A stretch of DNA of 64,000 nt from Iphione sp. A-MEVVRFRX5 (GCA_976226885.1 OZ320313.1:159340001-159404000), one strand, 5' to 3'. Shown: positions 13,643-27,900, counted from the first letter of the stretch. Numbers and translations are program-made. Notes: generated by a model from the letters alone, not told the origin.

Positions 13643-13770
13643 CACCAAGAAGGGTCTGCTTTAATGTATAGTGGAATGGACAGACTTTAATATCATACGA
13701 AAATTCACCAGGAAGGTTCTGCTTTAATGTATAGTAGAATGGACAGACATTAATTACATCCTAACGAATT
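13643..13770 (+). repeat. Tandem duplication, period 63 bp, two copies
   Basis: caccaagaagggtctgctttaatgtatagtggaatggacagactttaat at 13643 and caccaggaaggttctgctttaatgtatagtagaatggacagacattaat at 13706. They are 45/49 identical over the core and diverge in the tail. Confidence 0.92.
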
Positions 13771-16648
13771 GAAACGATATTTGAATGTGTAATACTATCA
13801 GGTCACATTTTTCCCTAGACAAACATATATATGGATTCAAATTTAAAGCCACCGAGGACCGGGTGCGAAGTCATGTATTTGTGTTTCTGATTTAGCGTAT
13901 ATAGGCAATACACTTAAACGTTTGAGGAATAATTTGCTGAGAGGTAATTGACGGATTGCATGTAAAACACTCGACCATCCGAGTGATTCAGAGGGCATAC
14001 AGCACATTTGGTTGCATACCTCTATTACATTCGCATGAAACTTGTGCCTCATCGAAATATATACACAAAAACACCATTACTGTACATGTACATGTTAACT
14101 ATCTACGATAATTAGTGGGTCAGTGAATATATATATATATCAAATGTTATGATCTGAAAGTACGATTCCACCAGCTAGAGCCACAAATATGATGTATCGC
14201 TTCCAAAACCTTGTTAGAACACAGTATTATCTGCTGTTTGCAGCCACAGTACTGAGCACTTGTCAACCAAAGTCATCTAGTGTTTCAAAAATAGAGCAAA
14301 TAATTTACAATGAGATACTTGCCACCCAGTCGTTGTTGTGATGGATATGTATGAATGGGGAAAAAATCTAGAGGAGTATCATAACTCATCGAGGGCTGGA
14401 TGTTACCAGGAAACCTTTGACTGATTGCTTGAATTTTGACCAGTAAATGAGCCATAACAGAGAAAAGAACCGAAAGTCAAAGAAGGATGGCCTTGATACA
14501 GACCGGAGGAAGGATGATTAGAATTAGGAAATGTCTGTCAGTAGGCTAGTGAAACAGCGAAAAATGTGTCTGCAGAGAGAAATTCGTAGAAGAGCAGAAA
14601 GTTTACCCACCTTCATCATCCCAATCAAAATCGCCGACATGTTGTCGGTGCATATCAACACCCAGGGATGATATTCCTGAAAAAGATCAACCGGTGAAAG
14701 GGAATGTAGAAATGTTAGTAGGAAAAGCGGCCGGGTGAAAGATACCAGAGAACTGTAGGATAGGACGTAAAGACACTACAAGGATGTTGATAATGGTTCT
14801 AGGACATTGATCACGAGAACATTGCCTTCAGACTCTCACACTCTCTATACCATTCATCCCGAGGATTTTGCAACATAGAGTTTAATGCCCACGTTCTTTG
14901 TTGACAGGTGAGTTTGTAGCAAGGGCTGCATTGGACAGGCACGGACTTGATAGACCGTCTGACTGTGGCAGACCCAATTTCAACAGTTCGACGAAAACAG
15001 AATTCCAACTTGTTTTTTTGGATACGGTTCTTTACAATGCAAGACCAGGAAATACAAGAAATACAGAAATGAAAAGACTTCTAGGTCAATAGGCCTCTGT
15101 GAATCTCTTGAAAATGACATTGAACCTGGTACGGGATGACTTGGTAATCAGAAACTATTGATTATGGACAAACAACTTGAGTATAACTAGATGATTCACA
15201 GTAATGTTTGTGATACGATAAATAATCAAAGATAAGGGTACTACATACACGTCTCACGAAATATCTCTTTAAGCTAGATTAGTTTCTTGAACACAATTAA
15301 ACGTCAGTCTTCTTTACTGTATCATCAGAAATAAATCTTCCTTATATTATTCCATGTACTGTAATAATCCCCATCTCACTGTTTGACTCCTGTTGTTTAG
15401 GGTGAGGTGTCACAGGGGGGTAGTCTGGAAGGCAACGTTCTGAGTGTTGTACGTCCCCGCACCATTACGATTTATGGCTGTAGAGGGATGGAGAGGATGT
15501 GAGGAAGGTGCATGCGAAGGAAGAGGTGAACAATAGGATGAAGGATAGATATCATGCTGCAGACAGCCCTGCATGGGCGCCAGGTTTGGATACTGCACGC
15601 GAATCTGTGAATTAAACTGCTTGTACAGACAAACTGTGATACTGTTGAGGAATACAGTATGCTTCACCATTAGCACCAGAAGGTCACCAGACATATCGTT
15701 AGCAGGACTAAACAATGGACCACCACACTACAGACAAATCAGTATCTTTGGTTGCCAAGATATATAAATGAAAGGCATTCTTTACGTAACAATCGCTAAA
15801 ATTTCCCTTATTTCATCAATTACTGTCGAGGGAATTCTTGTTTCAGATAATAACAATGTTAATACTTGATAAACAGATGCACTTTATAATTTTATGCCTT
15901 CTTTAAACCTGTCTCCCTCTCTCTATAATCCTATGTGTACCGATCTTCCAGTACTGATAACAGTAAGCTAATAATTTACTAAAAATAAGCCTCTCGGCTG
16001 ATGCCTTTCGGAGTCAGACTTCATCTAATACATATCAGTCGTATTTCCTTTATGTTGTTCAAGCGGATTTTAGTTATTCATTGTGAATAATATATAAAAG
16101 TTTGAAACTTATGGTCATTTAAAAAGCTGGTAATATAAATGTTTATATCTAAACGAACAGAACTGAGTTATATGAGATCGGCTGCCATGCCACAAATTAT
16201 CTTTCCAATAACAAGTAACTTGAGTTCCGATGAAGGAAAATAAAACGTCGTTTGCTCTTAATTTCCCTCCATTTTCCTTCTTCATCCGGCGATTTGCTTG
16301 GCCTATTTCTCCAAGCCGCTGACCAAATCGCTGAAAAATCAGCCGACGCCTCCGTATTTTTGATACCCTGGCTTTTCGCTTCATGTGGCACCTACTGTAA
16401 AGAACAATGGCCATTAGGAGCTTGGCAAATGAGAGGCCCCTTGATGAGGGCGGACTCCTCCTGGCCAAGCATTGGCGGCCGCCGGGCGTGTGGCTTCACT
16501 ACCCTGGCTTGAGGACATAATCATGAGATCATAAACGTGTTGGTCTGTCTTCTATTAAAAAGGATAGAAGGAGCAAGGGGGTGGACCGACGGAGCTCTGT
16601 ATTGGATGGAGGCTGTGGCTAATAATGGCAAGCTCTTCTACGAGCCAT

Positions 16649-16650
<2 letters not shown>

Positions 16651-16707
<57 letters not shown>
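16651..16707 (+). repeat. (AG)28 microsatellite
   Basis: Perfect AG run followed by a degenerate purine-rich tail to about 16775. Confidence 0.98.
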
Positions 16708-16709
<2 letters not shown>

Positions 16710-19700
16710 CGGGAACCGATGGTGGCTAGCGAGAGAGGCAGGGAGAAGGGTGGTTGGAGGAGAGAAAGAGAGATGGGGTTGGCTTATGTCTCTCTTCAAC
16801 AACGGCCGGCGGGGAGGTAATGCATCATCCTGCCCCACAAAGCTGCAGGTGTAAATTCAGACCGAGTGCGCGCGGGCGGGCGGGCGCGTGAAAGAGACGT
16901 CCGAAGAGATAGATGGGGGCCGACAGCGCGCACCCTCTGGCGAGCGGCGATAAAGTGCCACTCAGTGTAGAGGACCCGTGCAAACGGTCTGTGCCTGATG
17001 CTGCTGCAAGTAGTGACGACCAGTGATGGCCAACCCTAGCCACAGCCGCCTCTCTACAAACGGACGCTAAAAGGATTGACACCTCCCGTCGAGACAGAGC
17101 CGTGATAGCCTGTTCCAGTAGCACCCGTGCTGACTTATACAATCCAGTCCTCCCTGTAAACGTCTGCAAGTATGACGGTTGCAAGGCCTTTTGCATCATA
17201 ATAGCTTGACAGAAATAAATCCATGCCTTTAACTTATCATGGCACCTTCCCAGCGCATCGGCATGCATTCGAAGATTAAAATTTATCCTGTTAAGGTACG
17301 TATGTATAAATATGAGGCTTCAATTGACAAACACGTGGCACTTGTACAGTTCATTAATACTCTAATAGACCAACTGGGAGCTCTGTCAAGAGATAATGTG
17401 TTATTCTCATAGAAATCACAGGCTGTTCTGCAAAAAATATTTTCGTTTTAATTTGCAGAGACATTAAAGAGGCAGGCGCCAATCGATGTGACAAGGGTCA
17501 GGCCATAAAAATGCTCTCTGCCCTCCTGCGAATAACATCCAAATTACAATTACAATGCGTGAAGCTCTCAGTTCTCCTTAGGCAATCCTTAGGGGTACCC
17601 ATAGACTGTCATCCATTCTATTTCTGCAGTCGTGCCATGGTTTAGATATATTTCACCTTTAAATTATCCCTTAAAGGGTATATGACGTCATTGTTTTTCT
17701 TTTCATGAGCAACTGTTGAACCGCTCAACATAGTTTCCTTTGAAATATTTATACTGCTTGAATTGTTGCAGAATTAGATTTATAAAACAGGTGTTCCATA
17801 ATTGATATAAAGCACACAGGAAAATGCCCGTGTATGAAATATTCAGGCACGTGGGACGTTATTTCTACTTATTAATGTGGCCGTTGGTAAAATGCGACAG
17901 AAGTGACTCTTTAAGTTGTTTTCCTTACAGCTAGCAGGGAATTTTCCCATTGTCTACCCACTCTAGTGTAGATCTACATAGCACAGCGCTTATTCGTTCT
18001 TATCACCAACTCCATGCGGCAGATTGTCATGATCCGATTCATTTCACCCTGCAAACCACCAGCCTACAATGCATCATGTTCCCTTCCCTCAGAAGTTATT
18101 ATAGTCTGTAGATTGGGCAATTAATCAAGCGTTGTTTTCGTCAACGCTGCCACTTTTTGTGGCCGCACACGAGGCACGGACAGCCGGAAGTGCTGGCTTG
18201 GGGCGCCACCTATATTTGGCGGGCGGCCTTAAAGCGACCCGTATGGCTTGTAGGTGGATCTAAACAGGAGTAAAATGCGGCCTCAGGTGACGGATGGCAT
18301 CGCCTCAGGACGATCAGGCATCACTCCAGCTCGGCCCACGGCAGTAAATTGCCGGGATTTCTTACGGCCTGCGTCCTTAGATGGGGTTAAGAGCGCAAGA
18401 CGACTAGAAACCGCCGCCACCGCTGCCGCCGCCGCCGCCTGCCACTCCGGTTGCTGCCATACGTTGCGGAGGTCATGAATGAAATGTGAGGTTGAACATA
18501 ACATTCACGGGGAAGGCGCGACTTAACAGCATTCCTGAAGGCCAAATAACCTTATCAGAATATTCACCTGCTTTATTCATCACGCTCATTGCAGCCGGAT
18601 GTCTGTCTAAAATCTTGAATAAACCACTCGCCTAGGTATGCGACGGAGTGCCGGATTGACTCCGCCTCGCGTTTTTAAGGTCTGAATATTTGATCAGAGT
18701 TATTCTGGTGATTCATTCGTTGCCTTTGTCCCGCCGTGTATAAGGTGGCTGCCATCTCCCTCCATCACTCACATGGAAATTCAAGAGCCACAACAACAGA
18801 CTTAACCTACACACAAGCACGAAGTGCCGGAAGAAGCACAAGGCACTGCCGATCTGCCTGCCGTTCTGGCTATAAATAGCAAGCGCTGTAATGAATCTAA
18901 GACTGCAGTCTGGACCTCGATTGGCAACCATTTGTTGTAGCCTGCTCCGCCACAGAGGACCGGTGATCAGAATCAATGAGCCAAGAGCAACGAGAGGACT
19001 ATCAATTTTGGGCATCAGTGTCCGGAGCTCAGCGGGTTACACAGGGCGGCGGTCGGAGTCTAGCGCTGGAGGACGACCGAAGCTGACAGGGATGGGAGGC
19101 GCTAGGCTCAGGCTGGGCCAAGCTATTGATATCTGGCAACGAAGAGGTGGGCATAGAGAGGGAGGATGCGACAGTGGCGGGTGGTATGCTGCGGCCTCCG
19201 CTGCTGGCATGGAACTGCCGTCCCTGATATGATATGTGCTATATTACAACAAGCAGTGGATGCGATTAGAGGAACGGATGAGGACAGGATCCATTACACG
19301 GGCGTGGGGGATTGTTATGGTTGCTGCTGCAGGCACTCGAGCGGCAGTCTAAACCGGTTGGGTCTGGGTAATGGAAACCAACGGCAGTCTCCCTGATTAA
19401 AGCTTCCGTAGCATTCTGTATGGGATTCCCGGCTTGGCTTCCTAACTATAAAACAGTTCCCTCATAGAGGTGTACTATATCTCTGGTACTGTATGCAAAA
19501 TCAAGTATTGTACACTGACATTTCAAGAGCGGCCCTGGAATTGGCACTTGCTCCGTTTCACGGCCCAACACCCCAAACGTAACGGGGAAAGGCTGCACGA
19601 GGGAAAGGCATCAACACAGTCAACCTGTCGTTTTCAGGTTGAAAGGCCAGGGCTATATGGCAAAGGGAGAAGCGTCACCTAGACCTCCCTGTTTTTAACC

Positions 19701-20004
19701 GCTTTAGGTTGATGGACAGACTGTCCCGCCCCAAAACGACGCCCCATTCATCAAGCATTGTAGAGCATTGATGGATCTGGTCCATTTATACGCTTGGATC
19801 GCGGCCGAATCAAAGGTGCTGCTCCGGCGCCTGGCTCGCCCTGGCGGCGACTGCACTAGGCCTCAGTCAACTCTTCTGCCAAACCTAATCATACTTAGAG
19901 TGCTCCAATCAATTAGTACTGCCTTGATCGTGGTCTAATCAGTCGCTTATCAGGCCACAATCGATAGCTTTCAAAAAGCCTCACTTTGTTTGCCATTCAC
20001 AACG

Positions 20005-20031
20005 AATAAATAAATAAATAAATGAATAAAT
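20005..20031 (+). repeat. (AAAT)n short tandem repeat
   Basis: aataaataaataaataaatgaataaat. Confidence 0.85.
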
Positions 20032-20698
20032 CCATGATACTGAGCATTCATGCTTTAAGCTGTTGGTGACCGCCAATTGGAAGCTGCACACACGACATAC
20101 CAGACTGTTTTTCTATAGAAATTGGTCCAATACATGTATAAGGTTTGAAAAAATGAGTTTAATTTCTACCATTGTGGCACCATACAACCGAGCTGTCAAT
20201 GTACTATGGGACGTTCAAACTTAGACCTAGATGAGATGAATATCCATGAACGATGGAGTGATTTGTACGCTAAATATCAACTGAATGAATCTCCCCGGAC
20301 GTGTGCATTGTTGTGTCTACGAGCACAGTTGGTTTTAAATAAAAGAGTCCATACTACATGTACTTGAGTAAAGTGTTACTTCTAACACAACATGCATGCC
20401 TAACTGGCAACAGACAGGCACTGTCAACGATTGCATTCGAATCAGACTTGGTGTGGTTATACGCTATATTTTGTAAACGTCGATGGCTGGTTGATGTTCA
20501 AGGGAACCTCTGACAGAAATACAAAGGTCCTGATCGAAATTCGACACGTGCATAAGCAATGCGACGCCGTCTGCAAGCGGAAGTATTGGGAAGATCCACA
20601 GCAGCGTGGGCCCTGCAGCCACTAGCCCCGTACTGTGTGATGGGGTTGTGGAGAGGGCTGCAGTTAAAAGAGAACGGCCAGGAAGCTTCCTACTGGGT

Positions 20699-20712
20699 CC
20701 ACTAGAGGGCAG
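20699..20712 (+). promoter_or_regulatory. CTCF-consensus motif match
   Basis: CCACTAGAGGGCAG matches CCASYAGRKGGCRS at every position. This is a motif match only, with no occupancy evidence. Confidence 0.4.
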
Positions 20713-20980
20713 ATCTCCACACATGGAGACGGGCATGAAGATGATGATCGATCGGGCCCCTCGGTTCACAGCAAACTCATGAAATATGGCCCGCTGAATG
20801 GGCCAATATTGAGTGAGAAGAGCCCCTCGCCTATAATCTATTTGTTCCCCGCATCCCTGATCTGGACAGAATAAACCTGATTGTGGTGGCCTCCAAGCTT
20901 CCTTCCGGCCCGTGGATATGTACGCACTGTGTTTTGTCAGGATGCATAGTCACGTGGGACACTGCTTAGGGTCAGAGTTC

Positions 20981-20994
20981 CCGCTAGGTGGCGT
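20981..20994 (+). promoter_or_regulatory. Second CTCF-consensus motif match, same orientation
   Basis: CCGCTAGGTGGCGT matches CCRSYAGRKGGCR. It lies 282 bp from the first match. Confidence 0.35.
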
Positions 20995-23900
20995 CTTTCG
21001 CTGGCGTCTAGTTCCTTTTGTATGAAAGGAGCTGTGGCTATAAAATGAAAAATGATGGGTCCATCTGTAGAGACATATGATTTCTAAGAACAAAATCTAT
21101 TCCTCACTATGACTCAATTAGAGGGTGGTGTTTTCAAATATTTCGAGGGAAATCTTATCTAGAATATAATCTTGCTTCTTTTTTGGTGAATATGAATCTT
21201 TAGGTGATTTGTTGCTTCCATAGAACAGGTCACTTGACCATAATGGAATTTCGTTTTGTAACCTTGTCACACTTGGTGGAATCATGGAAACTAGTTGGAT
21301 TTCTTTAGAAAAGATATATTGATATTGTTTCTAGTTCATTTTTTAACTATTGCATGGTTCCGTCAGTAGCGAATATAGGACTTCATTATAATTACCATTA
21401 AGGGTAAGCAACTCCAAGTTAAATGATCGAAAGCAAAAGCACCTGGTTCAGTTGAGCAAATCTGACCATATTTATATCATGATAACCTCTTCACTTTAAA
21501 ATGCCCCACGAAAGCAATCGTCAAAATATTTATTTTGTATAATGTTCTATAATTCAAAACTAATTCGAAACTAAGAGTGCACCATGGCAAATAAATCACA
21601 GTCTGCATTGATAATGCCAGCGACACTACCGATAGGTCATCATGGCAAAACGCATGAGCTATCATTGCTCATAATACAAAGTAATTAGCCTGACATATAA
21701 CGATGACCATATAATGAAACTGCACTCTGCATCCCTTACTTATGGTTTTGGAATTGGATGTTTGCCGTTATAACTGATCCAACGATAATTAGTGAGCCAC
21801 TTGGCTACAACACAGTGTTTCTTTGCTATGCCATGATAATATAGTGTTGACCAATGAAAATGTATAGCTTTTTAACAAAGTCGCAACACTGTGCATTTGC
21901 AACGCACCTGTTTTTTTCATCCAACGATAGCTCGAATACAGTCTTACTGCTTTGTGGGGTTTCTCTATTAATTCTCTTGGAGTGAAGTTTGGGCAGATTT
22001 TATGGATAAGATATTTTCATTTTTAATTCTGAACCAGAGTGAGTACCTTAAAGACCTGTACTAGAGGTGAGTCTAAAAGAATGCTCAGCAGAAATAGAAT
22101 TTATTCTAGTACTTTGCATGAAACACTCGATGCCCTAGTTGGTAAGACTTTAAAAATAGAATAGCTGAACCCAGCCGTATGAGGAACAACCCTATCTAAA
22201 TAAAATTCTCCGAACATACGGCAGACTTCTCGACCGTTGAGAGGAGAATTATCCTCGGCTGTACTGGCTAATGGCTCTACCCCACCTTACTTTGGCAGTG
22301 TGAAGGCGGAAGACGCGGACCGTGATTGCGATCACCATTGGCTAGGAAAGGTGAACAAGGAGGATGCTCCTAGGCAGAGTCTATGCTTCATTAGTGGCCA
22401 AGGGCACGTTGTAATTTTCACCAGGTGGGCAGGCAGTAATGGGACGGAAGCTTTTAATGGTCCGGCAGTTGCAGCTCCGAGCTCCAGGTCACCAACTTGA
22501 GCATCGTTGAGAGCAGCTCCTTAGAGTCGTGAGCATTTGTCCGTGAGGATGGCGGCGGCCAAGCATGTCTTCGCAGTATGTCGCAGTCGCAAATGTCTAG
22601 CTGATAACACTTCGGACGGCCCTGGCTACTGGCCCGTTGACCCTGTGCTGTGGTAACTACGTATCTATGAGCATTCGAACCTAGTTTTTACAGTGGGGTA
22701 AGGTACAGTCAGGTCAGTTCATCTTCCGTTACCCTAATGGTTCCAATAATCAATGAGGATCATTATATGTAAGTGTTAATGCTTTGGAAAGGAACTGAAG
22801 CTGTACTGCTGACCTATTTACTGCTAGTGAAAAACTTTTATTCAATCATCATTGTCTATCCTTATTTGGTACAGGCACATCGTTATTATCGACATCGTTT
22901 CAAGGTTGACATTTGTGTTTTGTTTTATGAAGCATAATCATCATTACATAAATTAAGTATGTTAGGAAAGCACCCGAGATGCTTATGCTAATTCTAAATA
23001 TTAACCTGTACTGTAACCACCTATAGGACTAATCATAGACTTTGGGAGCAACATTATGAATAAGGCAATTCCCTTTCTTGTCCTGGTTACAGGCAATTCG
23101 GCACAACAGGTCATTTGGTGTAAAGTTTCTGCAGGAATTCTTCTTCACCATATAGAGAGCTACTCTCACACTTTCCTTTCGGTTATCTAGACTACCTATG
23201 GTTTACTCGTCTTCTGGGCGCTGTAGGCCGCAGCGAAAGTCATGAAAAAGCCGTTCTTTATGAGGCGAATCGGGCTGAAAATAAAACATGCAGCCAGAGT
23301 GTGCAGCTTACATCTCAAAGCCTTGAAGGGTACTCAAACCAACTCTTCCGCAATGTTTCCTAAACAATCAACCGTAGAAGTAGGGGAGAAAGCTCACTTG
23401 GATTTCGAGCCTAAGTGGTCACGGAGAGCAGAGGTAATTTGATCCAAATGATCTGTATGGACGGCTGCTCTAGCTGACCTCTTTCACGTCTTGCAAACTG
23501 CTCTTTACGAGGGTCTCCTGACCTCGGCCGGGCCTCAGGTTTCCGCCCTCGTCTTGCACTAAGGCCGGCGGCAGGGGCCAGGAGGTGCCCGGCGCATAAC
23601 GCCTTGTCGGCCCCTGCCGGAGCTGGGAGGAAAGGACCTTTATTGGCAGCCTTTGTTCTAGATATAGACACGAAGCGCCTCTGTCGGCGGTCAGTAATAT
23701 CAGCCGGCGGGTGCAATTTGAGGCCATTTCTGGTAGACATCACAGCCCGCCCTCCATGATTGCCCATTCCGACCGCCACCATTTGGCCTCTCAATCCCCG
23801 GCGAGGCCCTTCTTTTTATGACAGCTGCCGAACAATTTGGAAATTCCTTTTGTAGAGTGATCCGCCCGGGCATTTCCACCATAAAACCAAGAACAAAACG

Positions 23901-24409
23901 GTCCTCCGAGCCTTCCAGCGCCAAGCGCCACGATGACACAAAAGCTGTGATAGCATGTTTGGATCACATGCGAACGACGTGCTTAAGGTATAGAGATGTA
24001 TGCACGGAGGTTGCTCTGTGCATGGATCCCTCCTAAGACAACCCTTAGAGAGTGTGGCAACCGTCTCTGGAATTGTTCATGTTTCAACTGCTTCCACCGT
24101 GTGATTATGGATAGGCAATACGTATAAGCAAGCATGACCAAGCCTCCCTGTCCAAAATCATCAGCTATAATCGCCCCACGGTCAAGTGCTGTTCACACCC
24201 TCCTCGATGTACAATATCCATTTCTCGTTGCTTTGATGAATCATGCCATAGGAACCCCCCAACCCCCATCAGAGCTGACAACACTGGGCATTCCCATCGA
24301 TGTTACTCCTGTGAAGCCCAGTCGTTTATCCCAGGACTAGGTCAGCGGATTGACCGATAGTATCAGGCCACTCCCGATATTATCCTCCCCATCCACCCTC
24401 GTTCCCTTT

Positions 24410-24919
24410 TATATCATTTTTACTGACGGATGGATTAAAGGATCAGGATTAATGGCTCAGCCATATACTACAATGCTCTATCCAGGGGCAGCGGGTGCCT
24501 GCTCATACCAAAAGATAGCCCTTACTCACTAAGCAGTCTATTTAGCTGGCCAGAGAGTGATTTGTTCACTTAGTCCGTCAGCCATCATAAACATGGTACT
24601 TTATGACTACATGTCAGAATTTATCATTCATAATTCATACCACCCGCACTGATTGAAGGCCACATGACCCCGGTGAGTGGTACGTTGGACCCTTCTAGTA
24701 TAAATCTTGATAGATTACTTTGCATTCATTAATTTGAATACGCCTGTTCTGTCATCATGTCCTGCTAAATATTCATTCTGCATTAGTATCTACGAACAAA
24801 TGACTGCAATCTTCAATAGGCTCGCAGAAGGAAATCAGCATCTAAATGGGTATCGGCCAAAGATGTATCATGAGGGAACCTCGGAGCAGAAATCTCTTGA
24901 ACAGATCAAACAGATTTGT
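24410..24919 (+). pseudogene. Possible decayed RNase H and C-terminal region of an I/R1/Tad1-group LINE
   Basis: One frame, read through stops, gives YIIFTDGWIKGSG (TDGS-like), then CSYQKIALTH*AVYLAGQRVICSLSPSAII (AE..A and SDSxSA-like), then IFNRLAEGNQHLNGY (RLxTGHxxLNxY-like) and KSLEQIKQIC (ETxEHxxxxC-like). IEGH appears in a neighbouring frame between them. The order is collinear but several catalytic residues are lost. Confidence 0.3.
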
Positions 24920-27900
24920 TTTATCGCAACTTTTTTCCTGTGTCATCCATCAAGTGATGCCTTCCCTTTGTATTGCATCTCCCATCTTCAAGCGTATTTT
25001 TGATCCAGACCATTTAATCCTCGGACACAACTTTTCCATTTCCCGCCATGTTAGGAACAGCAGCAAGCACCAGGAATGTTTTTATTACCATAAACGAGCT
25101 TCCTATTGGAAATTCAATCAAAGTAGCGAGCGAATTTGTGCTCATAAATATGTTGAATGTTAGGATTTCCCTAATTTCTTTGATATTCCGTTGTCATGGA
25201 ACTTTGCACCATTTCTAGGTTGTCTTGGCCTTTAAAACTGATTGGTTCTTAAGAGATTTGAAATTGATCGCCCGAAGTCACAGAACATAGCGTGTACCTT
25301 CTTTCTTCACTAGCTAGAACCGACGGCAACCGCTGCGGGTCTGCGCCATTTAAAGAGTCAGATCTTAATTGGGTGTGTTTGCAACCATTAATGACACCAT
25401 TCGGTGTTAACAATCACTCACATGTGTGATACGTTCGAGACGGACTAAACAGTTGTAGTCAAATGGTGTCGGAACGTTTGATGGCATTGATGAAGGTCCA
25501 ATTTAATGATCTTACCATTTCCTGATGCAATAATAGGCATTAGTCATGAATGCCACGGGGAAACCATATATTTTTACTATGAATGGATATATTTAATAGT
25601 ATATTTAATTCCTCACTCTGGTTTTTAACTGATTAGCAGGAACTATTTTCATCCTGCTGGCTCCCTTTCAAACATGTAACCTTTTAAAGAGACTACCAAT
25701 GACATTTACCTTGATGACGATAGCAAATATCACAGGGTTTCGCTCGTGCATGAAAGGATTCTGACAAGTCTACGCAAAAGCACCAGATACATTGTTGTAG
25801 TCCTAACCTTTTGACCTCAATTCCTACTGCACACAGTGCGTCTCGACATGCCACTGGGAAACCAATCATAATACAGCTTGTGCATAATTGTAGTTAGGAA
25901 ACGGACTTTCAGGTTACCTTCACGTGACAGAGATATGATTAACTGTGGGCACACAGGCACAGTGCGAGGGGCGCTTTTTCAAGAATCATGACTATCTGCA
26001 CATCTAATACGGTAGTTGCTTTCGGCTATAGATTTTAGACTGCTTCATCGGAGGAGGAGCAAAATGTACACTCTAATAATAGACATAATCAAGAGCATAT
26101 GTACGCTCTGTTTCTAAACAATATAAAGGGAAAGATAGCTTTCTTAATGCCGACTGAAACATGAATATTTTCCGACAGTGGACCAGCATCGGTACATTCT
26201 GTGCAATAATGACATAAAAATGCCAGTTTTACTAATATTTCATGATGTTTAGTAAATATGCTAGGCATAAATACGGGCTCTTTCAAAACTTTTGGATTGA
26301 CTTAAAGAGCAATAACATCGAATTCCCCATGATTCTTCCTGACTAACATTCAGGAGTTTCAGGTAGCGGACCCCTACCGACGTGTTGTGACGTAAGGCTC
26401 TTCCTTTTTCGTACTCGTTCGGCGGATCCAAAACTTGCGCCCGTTTCTTATGTGGGCGTGCGGCGGCTGTTTGCTTCGGGGAGCTGTTCACGCGAGAGAA
26501 AGGTGACACACACAAGGGGTGAAATACAAGGTGGGGGGTGGGGTCCCCGCTGGGAAAGGATGGCCCACAAGATTCCCAATTAGCAAGCACCTGAAAAGAT
26601 GGCGCCAGCGGTGAGTAGCAGAGGAGAGGCCTCTTTTGTCACTAGCATTTTACAGGCCCTCTCCCACAGCCCCTTGCACCTGAGAGACGTCTGGCATTCG
26701 CAGGGGTATTGAGAGTATTGACACTGAGAGCTAATTTTGCCACTTTAGAGACACTGCTGGACGGGCCACTGGATTGTGTCTGATGTTGGAAGGTTTGACT
26801 AAAGGATGACCATTAAATATGCGCAACCTTTTGTGCGCTATTTTCCGTGGTAAGTACAGTGCCGTCTATTTGGCACTGATCTTCCTAATAATGTTGTGTC
26901 ATACAAAGGTACAGTTTACCGATGTCAGCTATTATTTACTGATGCTCATAGTCATCTTTCTCAAGTTAATGAATTCTAAAAATAGCATGTATGGACTTCA
27001 TCTATATCAAATACATGTATATGTACTCACATGCCCTAAACACTCTAAACAATTAGGCGACTGGAATGTTAGGTGGCGATGAACACTAATCTTTCATAAA
27101 GCTTTATTGAATCAGACGGAGACGAAATGATCCCCAATGCTACATGATGAAGGTACTTGGTTATGTTTTAAAGGAGATTATTTTGTAAATTCTATGAAGG
27201 AAATTGCTTCGGCAGGCATGTAGGCAGTAAAGTGATCGGAGACGTGGAATTTAATCTACGAAACCGAAAGCAAACTGACCGAACCACGCTCATCCAGCGG
27301 GGAACAAACATGAAGAATTATCTAAAGGCTTTTATAAAATATCCTTTGATAAGCAACTGGAATCGATCGTTTTATCGATTTCATGGCTAATTAATACCAT
27401 AAATGCTTGATTTTTGGATGGAAATATGAAGAAGCCCCCCTTGGCAGGTGGCCTGAAGATGCTTTGACTCTACCCAGCAGAGGAATATAAAATCTCCCTT
27501 GCAGCAGGTTATGATGGTTCTGTGCTAGAGAGGCGTCTTATCTCTAATTTTAATCGATTCCTTTCCGCAACGAACCGAGATATCCCCGTCGATAATGTTA
27601 GTTGTCTTGAGATGATATGGTCACTTTTTAGATTTCCTAAGTTGCCAATGAGAATTGTTCGACTTGGGAGCATTCCCTCATGATCGTAAACTTGAAGAAA
27701 AACTACACTTTGTGGAGTTGGTTCCTCGAAATCGCCTGTAATACGAAGGACTATCTGTGCGGTGAAAGCCTTCGAAGCCATATGATGCGTTCCGGGTAAA
27801 AAGAACTCAATATTTTAGAGTAATGAATTACACAAGATGAAATTTTTCTGAGTGCACTATCTTGTTATAGAAAATGATGCATTATATGAAGCAGAATAGC

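Noticed and set aside
14560-14680. Minus-frame WVLICTDNMSAI, like a DIRS or LINE RNase H motif
   Set aside because: Single short motif with no flanking RT or RNase H motifs in register.
14895-15030. FFVDR ... TEFQLVFLDTVLY, like Penelope RT (YVDD ... LxFLD)
   Set aside because: The motifs lie in different frames and the catalytic DD is absent. Too weak without an HMM.
27205-27240. GCTTCGGCAG, like the U6 snRNA 5' stem-loop
   Set aside because: Only 10 nt match. No ACAGAGA box or rest of U6.
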